A stretch of 64,000 bases of DNA from Enoplolaimus lenunculus (lineage: Eukaryota). Location of the stretch: NCBI GenBank assembly GCA_030248215.1, contig JASANG010000727.1, positions 124,001-188,000 on the forward strand. Direction: 5' to 3'. The position numbers and the translations under genes are program-made. The notes under the pieces are model-generated. The model was not told the origin of the DNA, made no database searches, and saw only the letters and a list, made by a program, of their open reading frames with translations. The stretch's first letter is position 1; every line of letters begins with the position of its first letter. This document shows positions 23,715-36,100 of this stretch, in pieces.

Positions 23715-23974
23715 CCCTTTCTCACATGAATATTTTCCATTTCCCCTGACACCTACTTTTATGCTAGGATTCGAACTCCAGTGACTGGAGTGGGAGCCGT
23801 ATACCATCACCAGTCAGCTATAGGAGCTTGACGCTCGTGCCCGAGGGGGCTCTCAAGTCTTGTGGTGATTTAGTACTATGTATACGGGTTGCAATTAAAC
23901 ACGGAGCGATATATATTATTTAACGTATATGCACTGCGCTGAGTTGCCTATAGGCAACTCAATGTGAGAAGGGG
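23715..23974 (-). mobile_element. piggyBac-like MITE with tRNA-like internal segment
   Basis: TTAA|CCCTTTCTCACAT ... ATGTGAGAAGGGG|CTAA; minus strand carries A-box-like TAGCTGACTGG and B-box GTTCGAATC; palindrome TGAGTTGCCTATAGGCAACTCA near one end. Confidence 0.75.
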
Positions 23975-25853
23975 CTAATCAAAACAGCATAGCCGAATTT
24001 TTGTAATTTTGTTACTAGCAGTTGAATATATTGAATCTGAACACACAGTGTAAAACTAGGGGCCCAGACTTAATTTTTTGGGAGCCATGAAATTGATTTC
24101 ACTAGACTTACAAGTGAGAAAGAACGTTTCGGTGAAAAGCGAAGATTTCGGTCCGGGTATCCCTCTACGCATGGTCCGCGCAGCTGTCGTCGTTAGTGCT
24201 TGAAAATATATTGCTAAATAGTGATAGGAGCTGCACACATTTGAGAATACTGTTTTTAGGACAACGTTACTGGTTTTCTATTCGTATTTCGGTACCAGGA
24301 ACACACAAAAAAGTATTTCTGAATTTATCTATAAAAGTATTTTCTGTGGCAAATCTGAAAGTTTTTCTGATATTTAAGACAATCTTTCTAAAAACAACAT
24401 GAAAACGTTTATTTTTAGTCTTCGTTTCAAAACTTTTAAGAAAACTTTTCTGTTATAAACAGAAATACAACTTTTCAAGTGCACCTTGCTAATTATATTT
24501 CTTAAATGTAAGAATTTTTTCTTAAATATCAGGAATATTATTTTGAGAGTGTAGTTTGCCAGGCCTTTAGCACAACACATATAGTCGTAGTTTTGATATT
24601 CTAGGAGGTTGAAAAGCTTAGATGAAGAGCAATTTGTGTTTTTGCTGACATTTCAGTGTGGGAACACTTTGTATTATTGGTTTATGTATATATCAGGGCC
24701 AGAGCGTTTTTAGTTGTGGGACTGTTGTGTAGTAAATCTTAAGCTTTAGACTAATTTTTACTTCGGTTAGCAGCTTGAGAACGCGGGTTTGACAGTTTAA
24801 TTGTAGCAGTTAAAAATCTTGGTGGAACTTCTAATGTTACTTTAAGAGGCGTAACAGTAGATTAAGCGTATTCCTAAGCTTAAGCCTAAGCCTAAGCGTT
24901 GCAAAAATGAGTTCTTAAGCCTAAGCCTAAGCAAAAAAAATGTAATCTAGAATCTGAACCCACTATTTTATCGACACACCCGAAACCTGGACGCCCCTTA
25001 AAGTAACATGGGCCGAACTGATGATGATTGTATTCTGTTAATGTTATTTTGGTCCCATTTTCAGTTGCCGATACGCGGTTACTCGAGTCGTTTCAGAAGT
25101 TTTATCAAAATATTGGAAACGCTGCATTATTTTGAATCAGAAAATTTACAATCAATTGGAGTATTTAATGAAATATAAGCACGTGCGTGATATTTTTACT
25201 GCAAGTAGCGGAAAACGGAATTTGGTGAAATATGTTGCAATGTGATGTAAAAATGAATTATGTACGGTTAGAAACGACTTTTTGATTGTTGTGGGATGGT
25301 TATAACTTTTTCGTAAAGTTTGGTGAGCCGGGTATTTAAGTCAGAGCTGTTAGTTGCGGAGAGAGAATGTTGTCGATTTAAAGATTTGGGTAGTGTTGGT
25401 TGTTGTATTGTTCGGACTAAAGCTGGAAGGTTTGGATTTGGGCACAAAAATTTTGATGTTCCCGTACTTGTACACGTACTTTCCTATATTGGACCCTGTC
25501 CATCTTTCTATGTTGGTAGCTATTCTCATGTTTATGTGGTGCTTCAAAAAGTGCTTTGAATCTTTGGGAGTTTGCCTTATAAATTATTAATTTTACGGCT
25601 CTTAATAAACCTTGACGTGATAATTTAATTCCGATTTAAATTTTGTAATGATAAATTTCAAAATTTAAAACCAAGCCACCTTCTGTATCAGAATATTACA
25701 GTTTTATCACACCCATGCTGAACTTTAACTTACGACAGTCAAATTTGTAAACATTAATTTTAGCAATGAACGGATTATATGTGGAAAATTGTGTTTATTA
25801 ATAAAACATATTTTCACCGATTTAATATTCTTGCAGTTGATGATGGATTTGTA

Positions 25854-26096
25854 TCAACCAATGTATCCTTCAAATTTGCAGACGCAACTTGCACTTTGAG
25901 TTTCACCATTATTATCTGTAGCGCACTTCATTTCCAAATTGTGCGGGCATTGTCGAATGCAGCATGCACCAAACGCCTCACAGTCGCTCCTGTTTGAACT
26001 GCACGCATTCGCCATATCATCACTGTCATCTGCGTTAATTGTCATAGTTCTAATAAGTGCAATACAAAATATCAATAAACTTGCAGCCAATTTCAT
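25854..26096 (-). CDS. Small secreted 8-Cys peptide, CS-alpha/beta defensin-like (paralog of 8726-8932)
   Basis: Intronless 80-aa ORF with AAAAATG start context, signal peptide MKLAASLLIFCIALIRTMTINA, C-x6-C-x5-CC-x3-C-x7-C-x12-C-x-C, and AATAAA (TTTATT at 25794-25799) ~55 nt after the stop. Confidence 0.8.
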   Translation of the reverse strand: MKLAASLLIFCIALIRTMTINADDSDDMANACSSNRSDCEAFGACCIRQCPHNLEMKCATDNNGETQSASCVCKFEGYIG

Positions 26097-27339
26097 TTTT
26101 ACTTGTTTATGTACGCAGCTGTAATCCGGAGTGAAACGTGAAACTGGTTAATAAGGCATAAAAATTGGAGCCGATGTTGCTTTTAGGGACGTAACAGTAG
26201 ATTTAGCGTATTCCTAAGCCTAAGCCTAAGCTTTGCAAATGTGTGTCCTAAGCCTAAGCCTAAGCCTAAGCTTAGGTCTAAGCAAAAAAAGGTAATCTAG
26301 AGTCTAAACCTACTCTTTGTAGACCGACCAGAAACCTGGACACCCAGTTTTAGTTAAGAAGTAACTGATGTTCTGTAGAGTGTACCGGGATATTCGTTTC
26401 CGGTAAAAACTGGTGTCCATTTTCATTTCCGTTATATTCAAGTACCCACAATTTCGTTTATTTTTCAGGGCTGGAACAGTAGTATAAGCATATTCCTAAG
26501 CCTAATCTACATCTCATAAGAAATTAAAAATATTCATGTGAGAAAGGGTTAATAAAGCCTAGTGAACATGCGCATCCCTGTATTGGTATAGCACCAAATT
26601 TAAACATCTTTTACACTTTTGTATGCCCTATGTGTCTCACTCCTCGCTTTCCATTTTTAGCCCATGTATAGAACAGGTCGGATCGTTTTCCGGCGGGGCT
26701 GTAATAGAGTAAGTTTAAGGATTAGACGACTAACTTTTTCGCTTAAGCTTAGGCTTCGGGTTTAGGCTTAGGCTTAGGAATATGCTTATACTACTGTTCC
26801 GCCCCTGTTCTATACATGGGCCATTTTTTGAGTAGAAAGAGAACGAAATTCACAATGTTTATTTAGCGTTGCCTCTACACTGCGAAAATAGTGAGTTAAA
26901 CTGACTCTCTCCGAAATAGGCTCCACAGGACTACACAAACTGAGTCAATTTCAACTCCGCCAGAGTCAAATTCAACTCACTAACTCGCATGTTTGACTCT
27001 GGGGGAGTCAGATTTGACACTAGTTTGTGTAGTCCCGTAAATTCTGTTTCGGAGGGAGTTAATTTGACTCACAATTTTTTGCAGTGTAGAACATGGCCGT
27101 AACAGTAGTATAAGCATATCCTAAAACCTTGTAAGCCTAAGGCTAAACCTTAGTATAACCCGTTTGCAGTCCCACAGAAAAACGTTCCACCTGTGATGTT
27201 TAATTAAATGGCCCTCAATACGAAGACTAAATTCTAAATACATAGCGTATCCTACTTCTTACAAATTCAACTTTTGTCAATATACCTTAGTTCCTGGACC
27301 TCGAACAGATAAATATCATAAGGTGTCAACCAATCGTTT

Positions 27340-27896
27340 CAGGGTCTTTTCGGTTATCCGCCCCAGCACCCGTTTGCCCAAAAGTGGTTGGATTTTAAAT
27401 TTTTTGCATATTTGAGCTTCTCATGGCCTTCCCTGATCATTCCATGGCCAAATTTGTATTTTTGAAAAATTCGATTTTTTTAAGATCCCAAGGTAGCTAA
27501 GTCCAACGGTGTTATATTTTTTGCAATTAGACGATTGGTTAACTAATTATAGCCAGACAACTGATTTGGCGCGCTGCCAACGATTTGGGTCGGCGCCAAA
27601 TCAGTTATTTGACCATAATTCGTAACCAATCGTCTGATTGTGAAAAATTTAACTCCGTTGGACTGAGCTTCGCAATTTGCATCAAATTGTATATAAGTTG
27701 TTAAACTTTTGGACAAAAATATTTTTTGGGTTTCAACGGTGAGAGACTGGGACCTTAAAAATCGAATTTTTCAAAAATTCAGATTTGGGTGTGAAATGAT
27801 CAGGGAAAATCATGAGAAGCTCAAATATGCAAAAAATTTTAACATCCGACCATTTTTGGGCAAACGCGTGCTGGGGGGATAACCGAAAATACTCTG
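27340..27896. mobile_element. Long-TIR foldback MITE
   Basis: ~150-bp imperfect inverted repeats (..TTTTCGGTTATCC..CCAGCAC.CGTTTGCCCAAAA..), apparent 4-bp GTTT flanking duplication; partial relatives at ~7330-7520 and ~42240-42380. Confidence 0.7.
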
Positions 27897-27934
27897 GTTT
27901 CAAACCATCGTACCTGCGGTGGCTTTAGCAGTTG

Positions 27935-28170
27935 AAAGTGCATATACGTTAAATAGTATATATATCGCACCGTGTTTAGCAATTTTAACACGTATACATA
28001 GTACAAAATCACCACAAGACGTGAGAGCCCCCTCGGGCTCGAGCGTCAAGCTCTTATAGCTAAGTGTTGATGGTATTCGCCTCCCACTCCAGTCATTGGA
28101 GTTCGAATCCTAGCATAAAAGTAGGTCTCAGGGGAAAAAGAAAATATTCATGTGAGAATGTGTAGGGTTA
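27935..28170 (+). mobile_element. piggyBac-like MITE with tRNA-like segment (5'-truncated copy)
   Basis: Homologous to 23715-23974; tRNA-like part ~28050-28113 (TAGCTAAGTGT..GTTCGAATCC); ends AGGG|TTAA. Confidence 0.65.
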
Positions 28171-30189
28171 AGCGAAAAGTTTCAGTTTACTATCTATAAA
28201 TCTCGTTCTCGGTCAATAAATATTTTGTTGAAATTTAAAATAAAAGCCAAAAATTACTTTTAAGTATTATAATATAGAAACGAGTGTTTTCTCAAGATAA
28301 TGGAAATAAACAGAAAATATCATTAGGAAACGCTACAAAAATGTTTGTGTTTGTTTAGGCTATACCAGGCTCAGCGTAAATATAGACGGCGATGGTCTGT
28401 GATGTACTCTGAAAATGACCCATTTAAAGATCAGGGGCGGAATGCTTTTCTGACGGTCTAGAATAGAACAAGTTTAATGTTTAAACTTTTTATGCTTCGG
28501 TTTAGGCGTAGGCTTAGATATAAGCTCATTCGAATGCTTAGACTTAGGCTTAGGTATAAGCTCATTTTGGCGCTTAGATTTAGGCGTAGGTATAAACTCA
28601 TTATTTCACTTAGACTTAGGCGTAGGTATAAACTCATTCTGACGCTTAGATTCAGGCATGGGTATAAGCTCATTCTGACGCTTAGGCGTAGGCTTAGGCC
28701 TAGGAATATGCTTATACTACTGTTCTGTCCGCTCCTGTTTTATACATTGGCCCAAGATATCAGTTCCCAACAAAGAATCGGAATCTATTTGTATACAAAG
28801 TTACGAAAAAATCCCGTATTTTTAAGATTTTTATTTGTTATTTATAGTATTACATGAATGTTTTTTCAAATTTGTAAACATTGAAATCCCTATCCGGATA
28901 TGGCATAAACTGCTATTTTGCGTTTTTACTTGAGATTAAAGTTATTTATCTTCGAATGGCTAACAATGGAACCTATTCAGCAATAATAGGTATATACTGT
29001 ATCTTACAATACCTTCGAAATGTAAATATTAGCGTTTAATTCAATTTCTGTACAAATATTAACAGTTTAAGCTATATTCTGGCTCGTTAACCTCTTTGTA
29101 AAAAAATGGTGAGTCAAATTGACTCTGACCGAAATAGGCTTTTCCGCACTACACAAACGGAGTCAAAATTCGACTCCGTCAGTTGGCAAGAGTCAATTTG
29201 ACTCACCATTTTGAGTCAGTGCAGTTGCGGATCCAAAAATTTCAGACGGTGGCACCTGAAAAGTTCTCCCTCACGAGTGGAGCGAGCCATATGTTCAACA
29301 CAATTTGTATGGCACAAAACGTATAAAAAGTACAAACCGTTAAATGTTTCATAAAATATTCTGATGAATGTGCAAAAAAAGTGATATATTCATAGTGAAA
29401 GAAACCGTCGCGTGCTTTCGCTTGTAAGAACCCAAACGCAATTTTACGCGGACAAAATGTCAACGTAGAAACCTTATCAATTGATAACAAATTTCGTATG
29501 GGACGGGCGCCTTACTTTCTGGATCCGTTCCGGGCTGCAGTGTGTCGCTGTATCCATGGCGATTATTTACGAAATAATATTTTTTACAGTCCAAGCAAAC
29601 TTATTTACAAATATCATCGGTTTAACGATCCTTTGTCTCTTCAACTTGAGCCAATCAATCATCAGACAGCATATGCCCTTCCCAATCGAGCATTGAGTAA
29701 GATATTTACGGAAACACCGTACTGAAGTCGAACTGTTCGTAGATTTAATTTGTCATCTGAACATTATAAACCATCTGCTTATCTTCCATATTTTAAACTT
29801 GAGGCAATTAGTTTCTGGGCTCATATATAGAACAGGGCCGGATCTTTTCCAAAGGAGCTATAATAGAGTCCGTTTAAGCTTTAGACTAATTGTTTTTACT
29901 TAGGCTTAGACTTAGACTTAGACTTAGACTTAGACTTAGACTTAGACTTAGGCTTAAGCTTAAGCTTAGGCTTAGGCTTAGGCTTAGGCTCATCCATACG
30001 CTTCTTAGACTTATGCTTAGGCTTAGGCTTAGGAATATGCTTATACTACTGTTCCGGCCCTGTTCTATACATGAACCAGTTTCTGGATGCGATATGTTTT
30101 GTCCAAAATCCAACGAGTAAAAAATATCTTTCCGGAACGACTGGACCTTGATACGGAAACAATTTTACCCTTATGATAATCTCTGATAT

Positions 30190-33100
30190 TCACGGAAATA
30201 TCGGATCTCGAATAGTTCGAGGATCAGTAGGCGTAGACACAATCCGGCGTTCGTGGACGGGAGGCGTTCGATAATCGCTCAACAGTCGAATTATTGGTCG
30301 AAACACACGGCGTAAATGAAATATTGCCGTTTGTTTTGTGGTTAAATTTTCGTATTCAATCGCAGCTTCACGCAAATCAATCAACGATGGTGTCGCAGTT
30401 TCCATGTCCACTTCGGTAAGAACTTCTTCATGAATGTGACACACAGGACGGTGTTCAGAGATTTCAGCCGATCCACGGGTATGCTGAAGTGGAGCGAATA
30501 GTTCACCACGCGGAAGCATCGTTGGCAGCTTACCGTGTAAGGTATCTGAAATCAAATGTACCTACATTATTAAACATGGAAGAGGAAATAATACGTAATT
30601 TGGGCAGTGTTTCATAGCTGGTGTGTTTTCGTCCATACTTTGTTACACAGATAAAACTTTGCACTGTGAATGCTGATCACAACTCTACTGATTTGTAAGC
30701 ATTGTCAATTTGATTCATAACGAACCGTAACAAAACAAAAAACCGTTTTTCGTGTTTTGAAAACTGCGTTTACATTGATTTAAAATAATGGTTCGGTTTG
30801 TGATATCTTACTGAAGTATTTACTCAAGTTATATTTAAGTAATTACTTATAAGTTGACGACTTAATGCGGGGTTCACGTTATAACCGGGGCAGCTTGGGA
30901 CACGTTTTTTCCCTATTAGCCTATTGGGTTACATTTTGTCTGCTAATAGACCCCATATCATATTCAAAAAGTTGTATTTGTCTGCTATCATCAAGTGTAG
31001 CTCACCTTTTGTCATTCAATATATGATATTCGACGTATTGTCAGCGAATATCATATGATTTATTTTCAAATGTCTGCATACTTGGGTAACATACCCAAAT
31101 TGTCCTGTTGAATATCATATACTAGAATTTAAAATTTGAATTTTTGAATTATGACAGTTTTTCTAAGCGATTCTGTGTCGAAAATGGATCTGCAGACGTG
31201 TATTTGGTATTTTACACACAACTGTACCTCTGCCGTCCGACTTTCCATCAATTTATCAGCACCTGAAGATTACACTGTTCCGCTGAATATTATATGATAT
31301 TCGTTCTAATTTTGAAATTTCATATGATATTCGCATAAATGTCCCTTAGTATCACGTGACATTCCGACTCTTGTACACAGTGATCTTCTGAGAGCGGTGG
31401 TTTGTAAGTAAATGTCATATGACATTCGAGTTTTGTCTGTTAATTTGATATGAGTGCTCGAATTTTAACGTTGACGTCGAATCAACATAAGACAAACCGT
31501 GTCCCGCCTACCCCGGTGATAACGTGAATCCCGCATAAGTAAATACTTAAATTTTCGAGCAAAAATAAATAAACGCCAAATGTCAGCCATTGTCACAAGA
31601 AGAAAGTTATAGTTTTGCTTTATACTAAGAAGGCATCGTGCGTCTACAATTTCAATTTGATCAAGGTTAGTATGCCTGAATGGTAAATTTATAATCCATC
31701 AAATTTACTCAGCGACTTAAGTATTTACTTAACTTTAGTACGCTCTTAAAAACGACAAAATGGTTAAGTAATTACTTATCACGTACTTAAGTGCTAAGTC
31801 GTATTTAAGTAGGGTTTTGCAAAACCCAGCCAATGTTTTGCAAAACGCTAAAAAGAGCTAATTATTAGCGTATTGGTACACTTGCAATTCAACATAGAAT
31901 TATTGCACTTTGCCAAATGAAATCTTGTTGCTTAATTAGTAGTGTTGATGTGCCAATGGTTTCCAAACAAATACACTTACCGACTAACATAAACGATGTT
32001 TCAGTGTGACGATCAAGTATATAATTAAGTTCGAAATCTTCATCATCTTCGCCGAATGGGTTCATTAAATCTTCGCCGACCTAAAAAATAATTGCCCGTA
32101 TTCTCAAATGTGTATGCAACCTACAACAAGAGTGGATGATCACTCTTTATAACAAGAGTGTGCAACTGGGAACATTCTGTGTAGAATAGAATGTACCCGG
32201 CACGCGTTGAGTTTTTGCCATACCTCCCCTTATTTAAAGGGGGGTCAAGTTTGACAATTTTTTTCAATTTTACACGTTGAAATGTTGCAGTTGTACACAA
32301 ACTCTGTTTATAAACTGAAGGCATGCGCATTCTACATTTCAAACATCCACTACCCCCCTCTAAATAAGGGCAGGGGTCGGCCAGAAATGCAACACCCGGT
32401 GGCACATTTTGTACTACACAAATTTCGGTAGTTGCACACTCTTGCTAGAGTGATCATCCACTCTTGCTAACTTAAAAATTTATATTTATTGTGATTGTAT
32501 ATATGTTGTGAGTGTCCACAGAACTAAAGACTAGCGTTAGCCTTACCCGAACATGCGTCACAGAGAGAGCTGTCACACGCGTTAGGGTAAGGTTATATAT
32601 GTTTTCAATCGTAGGGTAGGGTTAACGAGTGACAATTAATAAAATTAACACTCGTTAACCCTACCATATGACGTTTTTGGTGCGTAGTTGAGAAAAGATC
32701 TTGTGAACGCTGCATTATACGGGATGTGAACTTTTGAATATATAAATGATGGATAGGCAATACAGTTAATAATTTATAAATACAAGCAGAAAAGATATTT
32801 CAAAGCTGATGATACGTCCCCATATGTAAAAGAACCAAAAATTACTACGAACTAATCAGGCTTAGGATCTAGGCCCGCATTCTCAAATGTATGTAGCGTC
32901 TATCACTATTTGGTTTTAGGTCATGCAACTTTAGAACTGGTGAATGTTAAGACTTAAACTTTGTATATTTTTCGGATTTGACTTTCTCTACTCCTGTACC
33001 AATTTTGAGTTCAGCAACTGCAACAGTTAGCGAGTTTGAAAACCTATTACTAAATGATGATACTTGCTATACACATTTGAGAATGCGGGCCAAGGTTAAT

Positions 33101-36100
33101 GAAAGGTCAGTGTAATACCTTCCATGTAGAGTACACTATGAGCCACTCATTGCAAACTAAAGTTCGTGAAACATAACACAAAATTAGGGTTTAAAATCTC
33201 CACAAGACATCAGAGCCAGCTCCTATGAATGAGTGGTGAAAGTAGACGCCGAGCACTCGGGATTCTCGGTTCGAATTCTCGCTTGAAATTAGATTTTAGA
33301 TGAAAAACAAAATATTCAAGAGAGACAATGTATGTAAAAATTGTTAATAAAGTTTAAAAATCAACTGTTTAAAGCTTTAATGTAAATTACTTATTTTCAA
33401 TAGAATTCACTCCCGCAGGAATTTATACAATTTCACCTGAAATTTAAATTTTAAGATACGTCTCAAAGCCGAATCCTTGGCTGGGAGGCGTTTACGATCA
33501 CTACTTAACTGCGGAATCTGGAGTTGACGCTCGAGCAAGCGGGGTCTGTCATGCCTTGCGGAGATTCTTTATGGGTCATCCACGTAATAGTGCGCTCACT
33601 AGCGTAAAAATCGTCCAAGTCTGGGTAAGGACCTACGTCGGGTCAGGAACTCTGTTGGAAGGATGTTATATTTAAAACTAGTCTCTTTGTAGAGTCCAAG
33701 AACAACGCAGACTTCCTGCTTACAGGGCCTCCAATGTCGCTACGCTCACACAACACAGTGCATATTATGTCCTTACACTGTATTAACGAAACACTGTTCG
33801 AAGCGACTATTGTTACATTTGTTTTAGCAGAAGCTACGCACAAAAAATTAAAATTTTATTCGTCGAAAAAACGCTGTATCGAGAGTCTGCGTTTTGTCAG
33901 TAGTGAGTCTGATTTGTCCCTACTCCCTTGGAACACTGTCAGGACAAATGCAGCTACTTAAGTACAGAATGTGTGTTGTCATCAGGACCTCGTTATAGCG
34001 TCGATTTTTGACACTGGTCCTAAGGGATTGGGTGGACAATTTTTTACAACTATGTGCTCATTATAATGTGGACGATCCATTACTAGATATATTAACTAGT
34101 GCACTTACACACTACACAGTAGTGTGTCTTTTATATAGTTTGTACAGCGTTACTTGATACAGTATGCGAAGGGGCTAAAACTAAAACAGACATATTGGAG
34201 TAATTATAACCCTAACCTTGGCCCATGTATAGAACATGCCCGAATCGTTTTGCGGAGGGGCTATAATTGAGTCAGTTTAAGCTTTAGACTAATTTTTTTG
34301 CTTAGGCTTAGGCTTATTAGGCTTAGTCTTGCGCTTATGCTTAGGCTTAGGCTTTTGCTTTAGGAATAGGCTCATCCATACGCTTAGGCTTAGGCTTAGG
34401 CTTAGGAATATGCTTATACTACTGTTCCGGCCACGTTCTATACATGGGCCCTAACCTTAAGCCATCCAACGTAAAATAAAAATTGTAAAATTGTAAATAA
34501 AGGCACATAAACATCGACTGCGGCTTTGTTTGATTCAGTTGACAATGTAGCTGGATACTGTCGTGCCACTAAACAAAGCATGAAATACCCGTACGTAGCA
34601 ATTGTAGCAACTTGTGTGTACACCAACGGGATGCTGACCTAAAATCAAAAATGTAAATGTTTTTGTAAATTTCAGTGAGTTGATTTTAATCCAGAATGAG
34701 TTGAATCACTCAGTGTGAGTTATGACTTTCAGAACTCAGAAATTTGAGTTGATTTTGAATTAATTAATGAACTCACCCAGAGTCAACTCAACTCAGAGTG
34801 AGAATTAACTTAACTCAGAGTGAGTTATTGTTTACTGATATTAATGTAGAAATAACCAACGCGCTAGCTGAGTTCATTAATCAACTCATTGCAATTACAG
34901 TACAATCGTTTTTTGCCAAAAATTTCGGCTTTTATCATTTAAAACATTTCCCTGAAAAGTTGTGTGAATTTAAAAATTGATAAATAAAAAGATTTAGTTT
35001 TTTTCGTGTAATAAACCCTTTGCCGAGCTCGATTTTTTTCCTTACAGATACTTCCTTCTTTTTGTTTCCTCTGTTTTCTTGCTTCCTTCCTTTTGTTTCC
35101 CCTGTTTTCTTGCTTCCTTCCTTATGTTTCCTCTGTTTTCTTGGTTCCTTCCTTTTGTTTCCCCTGTTTTATTGCTTCCTTCCTTTTGTTTCCTCTGTTT
35201 TCTTGCTTCTTATTTTTTGTGTCTCCTGTTTTCTTGCTTCCTTCCTTTTGTTTCCCTGTTTTCTAGCTTCCGTCATTTTGTTTCCCCTGTTTTCTACACA
35301 GCAAAAAATAGTGAGTCAAATTAACCCTCTCCGAAATAGGCTTTTCAGGACTACCCAAACTGAGTCAAAATTCGACTCCGCCAGAGTCAAATTCGACTCA
35401 CCGAGCGATTCAGTTAGTCAAATTTGACTCTGGTGGAGTCGAATTTTGTCTCAGTTTGTGTAGTCAGGAAAAGCCTATTTCCCAGAGAGTCAATTTGACT
35501 CACCATTTTTTGCAGTGTAGCTTTCTTTGGTTTCCGCTGTTACACCGCTTCGCAGCTTTTTCCTCCAATTTTTCACCTGGTTTGAAGAAAACTCCGCAAT
35601 GAAGCAAAACTCACGACCGAAATTTTAGTATAATTATTTGCCACGGTCACAAAACATTTTTGGTTGATGTATTTGCGTTTTAAAACTCTACGAATTCTTC
35701 TTGCTGAACGCGTACACTGTAAATTCCAATGAGTTGATTAATCAATTCAGTAGCGAGTTGGTTAGTTCTGAATTAATATCAGTAAACATTAACCCTCTCA
35801 CATGAATATTTTCTATTTCCCCTGAGACCTACTTTTATGCTAGGATTCGAACTCCAGTGACTGGAGTGGGAGTCGTATACCATCACCACTCATATACCAT
35901 CACCACTCAGCTATAGGAGCTTGACGCTCGAACCCGAGGTGGCTCTCACGTTTTGTGGTGATTTAGTACTATGTATACGTGTTACAATTGTTAAACACGG
36001 TGCGATATATACTATTTAACGTATATACACTGCGCTTAGTTGCCTACAGGCAACTCAGTGTGAGAAGGGGTTAACTCACTTTGAGTTGAGTTGACTCTGG

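Noticed and set aside
25320..25590. Overlapping ORFs on both strands downstream of the 8-Cys peptide
   Set aside because: No recognisable domain or consistent exon boundaries.
29886..30120. ORFs of poly-LR, poly-LS, poly-PK or poly-LG (also 12465, 12667, 17886, 28477, 43823, 44161, 50561, 52335, 63650)
   Set aside because: They are translations of (TTAGGC)n tracts within MITEs.
35020..35427. Hydrophobic 135-aa ORF
   Set aside because: Translation of a 31-bp pyrimidine minisatellite plus a MITE, antisense in a bestrophin intron.
35852..35866. CTCCAG-TCA-CTGGAG hairpin (minus strand) in the tRNA-like MITE, tempting as a UGA-suppressor or Sec anticodon linked to the WDR55 TGA
   Set aside because: In the tRNA alignment TCA falls in the variable region just before the T-arm; the anticodon position is CCC or CAC, the acceptor stem is missing, and no SECIS-like element is evident after the WDR55 stop.
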